29,869 nucleotides of DNA, from the IMG/VR virus record IMGVR_UViG_3300036803_000014, positions 1 to 29,869 of that record; one strand, written 5' to 3'. The DNA comes from a virus (taxonomy: Duplodnaviria > Caudoviricetes). Under the pieces are notes generated by a model. The model searched no databases and was not told where the DNA came from. It saw only the letters and a program-made list of their open reading frames with translations. Position 1 is the first letter of the stretch. Each line of letters opens with the position of its first letter. Shown here in pieces: positions 1-6,772 of this stretch. The position numbers and the translations under genes are program-made.

Positions 1-691
1 AGTCGATAAACTTCCCCGGCCCGAAATACTTCTTCAGCATCGTGTTGGCAATCGACACGGCCGGATTCGCGAGATAGTACGTCCCTTCCGGCACATAAAT
101 CCGCTCGAATGACGATGCCTCTGCTTGCAGAATCGCGTTGCTGTTGTCGGTGCCGTTGCTCCCGTTCCAGTCGCCGATAGCACCGTAGTCTTTCAGAGAA
201 GCAGTGCTGTTGACGCGGCTGTAGACCTTGCTGCCGGGCGCGAGTGACACATCGGTAACGGTTCCGTTGCTCGGCGCACCGACGAGTCGCGAGACGCCGC
301 CGCGGATATAGATATTCGACACGCCATCCGGAATCGGCGATTTGAAGGTGATTCCATATCCCACAATCGAGTATTGGTCCGGGCCCTGGAAAACGCCGTC
401 GAAGAACAGCTCGACATTCGATGCCGACATGTACTGGTTCGCGAGCGTGAGACCCAGCGAGGTCCCCGCTACAAACGTCGGCAATCCACCAGGGTTCGGC
501 AGGATGCTCGACACGAATTGTTCGACGTTCGGGCTGATCACTAGCAAAGCGATTTCGGCTTGCGTCAGATACCGTGCATCCAATACAGAGATCGGCAGCG
601 CCCGAGTTACCCCATTTGCGTTCTGCCACACAGGCAGCTTGTCGTCAGGGCATACCGAGTTCGTGACGCAAAGATCATTGATAGTGGTCAT
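1..691 (-). CDS. Tailspike / depolymerase-like receptor-binding protein (C-terminal part runs off the window edge)
   Basis: Not in ORF track; translated by hand from ATG 691 (ATGA overlap with the upstream stop): MTTINDLCVTNSVCPDDKLPVW...SLKDYGAIGDWNGSNGTDNSNAILQA...RIYVPEGTYYL. This is the typical entry motif of a pectate-lyase-like beta-helix. Open to position 1. Confidence 0.8.
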   Translation of the reverse strand, partial: MTTINDLCVTNSVCPDDKLPVWQNANGVTRALPISVLDARYLTQAEIALLVISPNVEQFVSSILPNPGGLPTFVAGTSLGLTLANQYMSASNVELFFDGVFQGPDQYSIVGYGITFKSPIPDGVSNIYIRGGVSRLVGAPSNGTVTDVSLAPGSKVYSRVNSTASLKDYGAIGDWNGSNGTDNSNAILQAEASSFERIYVPEGTYYLANPAVSIANTMLKKYFGPGKFID

Positions 692-894
692 TGTTGTATC
701 GTGGCCTCTGCGATTGGGCCATATTGGCCGGCGATCAGGGCATCGAAAATATCGCGCCCATACGGCATGACATCTTTGGGAGAAGCAGCGAATTTGACGG
801 GTTCGGTCCCGAGCGATGGGAAAACGATGTCGATCAAAACCATCGAATGCGCGGCGTCGCACCACACCGGATTAGCGATCGAGTGGTAGTCCAT
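688..894 (-). CDS. Short tail-fibre assembly chaperone-like protein
   Basis: NPVW...IDIVF...FAASPKDVMPYGRDIFDALIAGQYGPIAE resembles the N-terminal part of Tfa-like chaperones; directly follows a fibre gene. Confidence 0.65.
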   Translation of the reverse strand: MDYHSIANPVWCDAAHSMVLIDIVFPSLGTEPVKFAASPKDVMPYGRDIFDALIAGQYGPIAEATIQQ

Positions 895-1926
895 TTATGC
901 AGTCCTCACCCAAAGGAACACGGAATTCGATGCAGTCCCGGTCTGGACCCATGTTCCCGGCAGAACCGGACTTACTGCGGAACTGGTGCCCAATGCGACA
1001 GCGCCCACACCATTGGCCTGCTGGTTGGCGAGAATCGCCGCCTGAAGCGTTGCCTGCGTGATAGCTAGTGAGCCATTCACGGAAAGCGGAGCACCTGGGA
1101 GGGTGTATCGGGAATTAACCGCGTCCCACGACAGAGCGCGCGACCCATCACTGAGAAGCGAAACAATGCCGCCCTGAGCGATCAGATTTCCAGCCGACCG
1201 GACATCCCCACCGGCGACAATTCCGCCAACAGGTGAAAATGTGACGCGACCGAGTTCTATAGTGGCACCGAGATTGACCGTCCGAAAGACGAAACCGCCC
1301 GCTCCCGATCCCTGGTTGTCCGTCAGGACGGCGGCGCCATCGCCGAGATCATTCCAGCTGAAATAAGCGCCCTGAGATACCGGATTACTTGCTGAGAACA
1401 CCTTCAAATAAAAACCGAAGGCATACTGCGTGCTCAGCTTGTACCGGGAGCCGTCGGAGCCCACAACGACATCAGGAAGGCTTTCTGGCGAAATGTGGTC
1501 TGTCGGGTCGAAGATGTACATCCCATTTCCTGCAACCCAAACCTGATTCGTCGACGAGCCAACCCGCGCGCGCAGCGTAGGCAGATCCGGCACGCTTTGA
1601 ACGCTCGAAGTCGTGAACGCCGTCAGAATCGGATCGGTCTCGCTCAGCGACGCATAGACGACACGGCCAGCACTGTCGAGGATCGTGATCGAGTATGGGA
1701 TCGGAGTGAACAGATGAATCAGTGCGCCGGCTGCGGCGGCATGGCCGTGTGTTGTCCTGATCGGCTGGGCGACCGCGACAGAGCCAGCAAGATCGGACGT
1801 GACGACAGCCGGATAGGCGACGGGATCAAGACCCGCCTGCCCGATGTAGATGGAACCGGACTCAAGCGGCTGGCCGTAGAGATCCGTGAAGAATGGAAGC
1901 GCACGCGCCTCGCTGGTAGTCGCCAT
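895..1926 (-). CDS. Tail fibre/spike with P22 gp9-like head-binding domain
   Basis: N-terminal PFFTDLYGQPLESGSIYIGQAGLDP...QPIRT matches the P22-type head-binding motif; Gly-rich body; fibre-type C-terminus LPGTWVQTG...LWVRTA. Confidence 0.75.
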   Translation of the reverse strand: MATTSEARALPFFTDLYGQPLESGSIYIGQAGLDPVAYPAVVTSDLAGSVAVAQPIRTTHGHAAAAGALIHLFTPIPYSITILDSAGRVVYASLSETDPILTAFTTSSVQSVPDLPTLRARVGSSTNQVWVAGNGMYIFDPTDHISPESLPDVVVGSDGSRYKLSTQYAFGFYLKVFSASNPVSQGAYFSWNDLGDGAAVLTDNQGSGAGGFVFRTVNLGATIELGRVTFSPVGGIVAGGDVRSAGNLIAQGGIVSLLSDGSRALSWDAVNSRYTLPGAPLSVNGSLAITQATLQAAILANQQANGVGAVALGTSSAVSPVLPGTWVQTGTASNSVFLWVRTA

Positions 1927-1937
1927 TGCGTTCCCCC

Positions 1938-1966
1938 AAAGATAAGCGAAGCGCCCCGAAGGGCGC
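1938..1966 (-). terminator. Probable intrinsic terminator after the coat gene
   Basis: Minus strand GCGCCC-TTCG-GGGCGC hairpin (1951-1966) followed by TTCGCTTATCTTT. Confidence 0.65.
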
Positions 1967-1980
1967 CCAGAAAACGTTGC

Positions 1981-3297
1981 TTACGTCTGGTTGAACAGGA
2001 TGATGCCGGCCATTTCCGGGTTCGTCACTGAAGTGCCCCAGAATGCGTCGACGCGATACAGCGACTTGTACGTCTCGATGTGCGCCTGCTTGGTCATCAC
2101 GATCTCGATGCCCTGATCGGTCGTGCCGCGCATCACTGCGAGACCCTGGTCCGAAGGAACGGCGAGGCGACCCGGCAGGATTTCAACCGCTTCCTTCTTC
2201 CAGAAACAGTTCACGCCGGTCGATACCGTGTTGAGCCACGTGATAGCCGCGCCCGTGGCCGGCGTCGCCGTCACGTTCTGGTACGCGAGTTCAGCGTCCG
2301 TGGCGCCCTGGCCCGAGATGATCGCCGGTGCGATCATGACCGTACCCGTACCGCCCGCACCCGAAACGATGCTGACGATGCGGAACGTCTTGAGCTGGCC
2401 GGTATCCACCTTCGTGATCGGGTGAACGTTGTTCACGCCCGCGATATTGAACGCGTCGCCAACCTTGACCGTACCCGACGTGACGGTGATCGCCAGCGCC
2501 TGAATGCGGTTGTCGACGTTTGATTGCAGCGGGCCGCTCGGGCTCGCGGCGAGCGCCTTGGGCGTCGTGAACTGGTTCGCGCCGTTCACCGTGACCGTCA
2601 CACCGGCCGCAGCCGTCAGACGGGCAATGTAGTCAGCCTTCAACACGCGCTCGAAGCCCGAGACCTGCCGGCCCACCGTTGCCATTTCGTAGGCGTTGGC
2701 GGCCTTCTGGCCTTCGACGATGTACGCGCGGCTGGCGAGGTTGCCGGCCATCGCGTTGTAATCGCGCGAGCCAAACACCGAATAGCGGCCCTCGTAGTCG
2801 ATGCCCGATTCGTTCATCAGCGAGTCAGCCTGCGCCAGATCGTCGAAACCGGTCGCAGCAACGGTGCGCTTCACGACCAGCGTGCCGAGCGTCGACACAG
2901 CGTTCACCACCGACAGGTTGATGTCCGATGCGATCTTCTGTTTTGCGGCGGTGCCGAGGCGGTTCTCTTGCAGCGCGTCGCGCAGTTCGGTCGCGTCCAT
3001 CGTCCACGGCGAGCTGCGGATCGTGTCGATCGCGGCCGGCATGGTGAGCTGCGTTTTGCCGACGAAGTTGGCGGACTGGTCGAGGCCTGCGAACGAACGG
3101 GCGATGTACGGCATCGGGCGGCGGATGATATCGCCGGCGCGCGCCATCATGGTCTGATCGTTCTGGAACACGGTAACAGCCTTCGACATGACCAACTGGT
3201 CATTGAAGCCTTCGAGGAGACGTTCGAATGCGACGCGCTCTTCCTTCGAAAAAGAGTTGGCGGTCGACAGGAAAGGGGCTGACGGCGGGTTTGACAT
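1981..3297 (-). CDS. Major capsid (coat) protein, P22 gp5 family
   Basis: 438 aa; NSFSKEERVAFE, AKQKIASDIN, GDAFNIAGVNNVHPITK, YRVDAFWG...PEMAGI motifs; follows the scaffold gene. Confidence 0.92.
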   Translation of the reverse strand: MSNPPSAPFLSTANSFSKEERVAFERLLEGFNDQLVMSKAVTVFQNDQTMMARAGDIIRRPMPYIARSFAGLDQSANFVGKTQLTMPAAIDTIRSSPWTMDATELRDALQENRLGTAAKQKIASDINLSVVNAVSTLGTLVVKRTVAATGFDDLAQADSLMNESGIDYEGRYSVFGSRDYNAMAGNLASRAYIVEGQKAANAYEMATVGRQVSGFERVLKADYIARLTAAAGVTVTVNGANQFTTPKALAASPSGPLQSNVDNRIQALAITVTSGTVKVGDAFNIAGVNNVHPITKVDTGQLKTFRIVSIVSGAGGTGTVMIAPAIISGQGATDAELAYQNVTATPATGAAITWLNTVSTGVNCFWKKEAVEILPGRLAVPSDQGLAVMRGTTDQGIEIVMTKQAHIETYKSLYRVDAFWGTSVTNPEMAGIILFNQT

Positions 3298-3460
3298 GGT
3301 GTCGAGTCCTGAATAAGAGACGAAAAATGAATGGCCGCGCGGACCACAGATTTCGCATCCACCAGGACTGACGCCATTGCGCCGATGTGATGAGATACGT
3401 GAAGCTAGCTGTGTCGAAGCGCATGAGGAATGGGCTCTTATGCGCTCCGACCAGCAATTT
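3298..3460 (-). promoter_or_regulatory. Structured 5' leader of the coat gene (candidate cis-regulatory RNA)
   Basis: 16-bp stem with one bulge at 3408-3455; AGTCCTG/CAGGACT inverted repeat (3363-3369 with 3305-3311) covering the AGGA ribosome-binding site. Confidence 0.5.
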
Positions 3461-3465
3461 CGCGA

Positions 3466-3494
3466 ATACTACTACTTACGGTTATATTAATCAA
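3466..3494 (-). promoter_or_regulatory. Sigma70-like promoter upstream of the coat gene
   Basis: Minus strand TTGATT-17 bp-TAGTAT in an AT-rich intergenic stretch. Confidence 0.55.
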
Positions 3495-3516
3495 GCGATC
3501 CTAAGCAATTGGCGCA

Positions 3517-4380
3517 TTAAGAAATTCCGTTCTGCTTCTTGTAGGCGACGACCTTCGAGTAGTCGCCAGTGCGCGCCGCTTCGTCGCGGAGCTTTTCCAG
3601 TGCCGACGATGACGCGCTGTGCCCGGTCGCGCTGCGCTCCGACGAGATACGCGGTTCCGGTGCCGGCCGGGTTGATTTCTTCGTAGCCAAGTTGATCTCC
3701 AGTTTGGCGACTGCCACGGTGAATTTGACGGGATCGGTGATGCGCGAGAGTTCGATCAGGCGCGCGGGAGACTTCGACAGGGCGTAGACCAGCACGGCGG
3801 GATCATCGGCGCCGCGCATCAGCAGACCGGTTTGCGTCTGGTTCAGCATGGATCCGACTTCGGTCTCTGCTTCGCTGAAATCTTCGACGCCGAGCGAATC
3901 TGCGCGCGCCTTGTACGACTTCTTGAAGGTCTCGACCTCTTCCTCCTGCTTACGCTGCGCGTCGAGCTTCTGGCGATCCGCCGCGTCCATCGCGGCCTTC
4001 TGCTCCATCCAGCGGTCATAGGCTTCGCTGAACTTCGTCTCGTCGTAATCGTACTGATCGAGCGTCGGCTTGGCGGCCAGCGTCGGCTCCGGCTTCGGCA
4101 GCTTCGCGCGCACCTCCTCCAGCTCGCGCTCCAGTCGCCGCTTGTCTTTCAGCGCTGCATTACTGATCTCGCGCAGCTTGCGGAACGTGCGGCTTTCCTG
4201 TTGCTGCGGTGCCGCTTCTTCGCCTTCAAGCGCTTCGACTACTTCGCCGGCCGGATCCTGATTCCCCTCACCTTCGCCGCCTTCGATCTCCTGTTCGTCA
4301 TCGAACAGAACTGGAGCCGGCGTCGGTGTAGCCGTTTGCCCTTCGAGTACGCCCGTTTGTTGTTCGTCTAGCTGGTCCAT
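3517..4380 (-). CDS. Capsid scaffolding protein (P22 gp8-like)
   Basis: Acidic N-terminus, coiled coil, KPTLDQYDYDE, C-terminal LEKLRDEAARTGDYSKVVAYKKQ coat-binding-like helices; upstream of coat. Confidence 0.85.
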   Translation of the reverse strand: MDQLDEQQTGVLEGQTATPTPAPVLFDDEQEIEGGEGEGNQDPAGEVVEALEGEEAAPQQQESRTFRKLREISNAALKDKRRLERELEEVRAKLPKPEPTLAAKPTLDQYDYDETKFSEAYDRWMEQKAAMDAADRQKLDAQRKQEEEVETFKKSYKARADSLGVEDFSEAETEVGSMLNQTQTGLLMRGADDPAVLVYALSKSPARLIELSRITDPVKFTVAVAKLEINLATKKSTRPAPEPRISSERSATGHSASSSALEKLRDEAARTGDYSKVVAYKKQNGIS

Positions 4381-4413
4381 TCGCTCACCCCTTTAGGTGG
4401 AGATTTGTAACGC

Positions 4414-4463
4414 TTGCAGTATACGCAAAAACCCTGTATCGGAGTGCGAAATACGTCTATCAT
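4414..4463. promoter_or_regulatory. Divergent control region between scaffold and the RHH cassette
   Basis: Minus-strand TATACT -10-like hexamer inside the near-palindrome TTGC(A)GTATACGCAA (4414-4428); plus-strand TATCAT at 4458-4463, ending 7 nt before the RHH ATG. No convincing -35 boxes. Confidence 0.4.
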
Positions 4464-4469
4464 GCACAC

Positions 4470-4622
4470 ATGAAACGCACTCAAGTACACCTTCCGGAGC
4501 CGCTGATAAAGCGACTTGAGAAAATTGCCCAGCGCCGCGACTACTCGGTTGCTGAGATCATTCGGTCGATGCTTGAAAAGCAGACCGATATAGAAGAGGA
4601 AAAGGAAAAATCATGTGGTTAA
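4470..4622 (+). CDS. Ribbon-helix-helix (CopG/Arc-like) regulator, 50 aa
   Basis: Not in ORF track; MKRTQVHLPEPLIKRLEKIAQRRDYSVAEIIRSMLEKQ... shows the classic RHH beta-alpha-alpha pattern (S-x-A-E-I-I-R). Confidence 0.8.
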   Translation: MKRTQVHLPEPLIKRLEKIAQRRDYSVAEIIRSMLEKQTDIEEEKEKSCG

Positions 4623-4891
4623 TCGTCACTATTTGGGCCTTAATTGCTGCGGCGTTCCTGCTGCCGCCATCAGTCACGTTCTCCCTGTTCATCGGGCTCG
4701 CTGTGCTTCGCATGCTCTACCTGACGCGCGACTCGGCGATTGATGCAGCAGCTGAAGTTTTATCGATGCCCGCGCAACTGATCGCCGATGCGCGCCGCAA
4801 TGGCTTGCACGTTCTGAAGGTCATCTTCGGCTGGGCCACCGCAATCGCCGCCCTCGGCGCCATCATCGTCGTTTTCCGGATCCCTTTCTGA
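4613..4891 (+). CDS. Small integral membrane protein
   Basis: 92 aa with hydrophobic N-terminal hairpin and C-terminal helix; AAGGA RBS; overlaps both neighbours. Confidence 0.7.
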   Translation: MWLIVTIWALIAAAFLLPPSVTFSLFIGLAVLRMLYLTRDSAIDAAAEVLSMPAQLIADARRNGLHVLKVIFGWATAIAALGAIIVVFRIPF

Positions 4892-5502
4892 TGCGCAACT
4901 TTCGAATCATCAAAGACGGAATGGATGTCGGCGCACTCGCGCTGGCCATCGCCATGGAGCCGTCACGCTGGGCTGCCGACGATTTCCTGCGCAAGTACCC
5001 GCAAGGCCCGTTTGGCGATACCGATACGATCATGCTGCGCTTCCCGGAGATCGCCACCGGCCTGACTGACGAGCAGATCGAGTTGTACAAGGCGAATCAG
5101 CTTCCGGGCTATGACCAGCACGAGTCGATCTGCTGTCCGGCGTGGGATGCCCTGCCGCAAGCGCATGACTTCGTGTTCGATCTCGCACGCTTCACGCGGG
5201 CGACGCGCATCGGGCGGGTGATGGTCAACCGGATTCGCCCGGGCGGCCGGATCTTCCGACACGCAGACACGCCGGAACACGTCAGGTACTGGCGCCGCTT
5301 CCACCTGGTCATTCAGGGGCAACCGGGCGCGGTGATCTACTGCGGCGAGGAAAGCGACGGAAGCAAGGATGAGGCGATGCAGATGTTGACCGGCCGGCTG
5401 TTCTGGTTCAGAAATGAGCTTGAGCATGAAGTGCGGAACGAATCGTCGGTCGACCGCATCAGCATGGTCATCGACTTGCATTGCCCCAGTGCGTCACTGT
5501 AG
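4891..5502 (+). CDS. 2-oxoglutarate/Fe(II) oxygenase, Asp/Asn beta-hydroxylase (AspH/LpxO-like) family
   Basis: GRVMVNRIRPGGRIFRHADT (HxD), RFHLVI, WFRNELEHEVRNESSVDRISMVID (distal His, 2OG-binding Arg). Soluble, no transmembrane segment. Confidence 0.85.
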   Translation: MRNFRIIKDGMDVGALALAIAMEPSRWAADDFLRKYPQGPFGDTDTIMLRFPEIATGLTDEQIELYKANQLPGYDQHESICCPAWDALPQAHDFVFDLARFTRATRIGRVMVNRIRPGGRIFRHADTPEHVRYWRRFHLVIQGQPGAVIYCGEESDGSKDEAMQMLTGRLFWFRNELEHEVRNESSVDRISMVIDLHCPSASL

Positions 5503-6772
5503 GAATCACGCGTACCTGCGCCGCCATCGCCTTCTGGTGGCGCTTCCTCTCCGAGACGTTCTTGAACTGCTGCATTGCTACGGCCACGCCGCGCACGCTG
5601 TCTGCGCAGTGCGAGTGCTCGTCGTGCTTCGGGTGCCCTGATTTGGCGCGTGTATAACGGCGCATATGCTCAACAAGGACTGCGCATCCCGGCCCATCAG
5701 ACACAAATGCACTCTTCAGCAGATCGCGGGTCATCTTGATCCCTGGCTCTACGCCGATCTGCGGAACGATCTCAACTTCCCACCCCAGATTTTCGACGAT
5801 CCGCTTTGTCGTCAATCCCGTCTGAACCGAGCGGGCATTGCCGTCGTGCGGGAGCCAGATTATTGCGTCTTTGCGTCCCGTATCCTTCAGCCATTCGCAA
5901 TAATGGTCAATCCCATAGTTGCTGTCTTCGTGATAGTCGAGAAGGCGTGCCCCGCTGATATCCGCCTGTGCGACCGTTACGGCCATCATGTCGTTAATCC
6001 CCAAATCGAAGACTGCGTGCAGCCCTAGCACCGGATCGGCGACGAGAGGCCTGATACGGTTTTGCGTGGCGAGCATATGCATCTCGCGCCTGTAAATAGC
6101 GCCCGCAATCGCTGACTTCGGCACCCCTTCCCAGATGTGGTCGTAATCGTCCGGGTCGTCGGCCTTCGAGCGGAGACGCTCCGCTTCCATCGCAGCATTC
6201 CAGAACGGATTCCGGTCCCAGTTCACTTCGATGATGCGCGCGTTCGCCGGACGCTTCTGGATGAACGTCGTGTATACCGGATCGGTGTCCAGCTCTGGGT
6301 TAAGCGTGAACCAGATTTCGGACGTGTCCTTACGGATCGTCGGCAGGAATTTTTGCAGTGAGTCTTTCGATATAGCCTGCCCTTCTTCGCCCCAAGCTAT
6401 GTCGATGTCATTGAGCGACTTTATCGAATCGTTCGTCTCGTCGCTGAGCCCGCGAAAGATGAATTTGCTGCCGTTCTGGCCGGCGATTTCCCGCTTCGTT
6501 ATGTTGAAGAAATATTCGAGCCCCGCGTCTTTGATGCGCTGCTCGATGATCGCCTTGACAGACTCGTCGATCGACTCCTGAATTTCGCGGAAGCACAGGA
6601 TGCGCAGCGGCGCGGACGCGGCGCGCAGCACAAGCGCGGTAGCCACGGACATTGACTTAGCCGAGCCGCGCCCACCGTGAAAGATGGTGTAGCGCGGCCC
6701 CTGCGTCAGCAGGCATTCAGCCCAGTCAGGTAGCGCGAAGTCTCCCGGCGCATAGAGCGCATCGTCGCTCAT
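5468..6772 (-). CDS. terL: Terminase large subunit (PBSX-like)
   Basis: Walker A HGGRGSAKS, REIQESIDES, Walker B IAWGEEGQ, TLNP motif, nuclease FDLG and HSHCADS. Confidence 0.93.
   Translation of the reverse strand: MSDDALYAPGDFALPDWAECLLTQGPRYTIFHGGRGSAKSMSVATALVLRAASAPLRILCFREIQESIDESVKAIIEQRIKDAGLEYFFNITKREIAGQNGSKFIFRGLSDETNDSIKSLNDIDIAWGEEGQAISKDSLQKFLPTIRKDTSEIWFTLNPELDTDPVYTTFIQKRPANARIIEVNWDRNPFWNAAMEAERLRSKADDPDDYDHIWEGVPKSAIAGAIYRREMHMLATQNRIRPLVADPVLGLHAVFDLGINDMMAVTVAQADISGARLLDYHEDSNYGIDHYCEWLKDTGRKDAIIWLPHDGNARSVQTGLTTKRIVENLGWEVEIVPQIGVEPGIKMTRDLLKSAFVSDGPGCAVLVEHMRRYTRAKSGHPKHDEHSHCADSVRGVAVAMQQFKNVSERKRHQKAMAAQVRVIPTVTHWGNASR

Noticed and set aside
2080-3282. Several plus-strand ORFs over the coat gene
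   Set aside because: Shadow frames of a well-supported minus-strand gene.
3200-3457. 85-aa minus ORF in the coat leader
   Set aside because: Non-ATG start, no RBS, runs out of frame into coat; the region is better explained as a structured leader.
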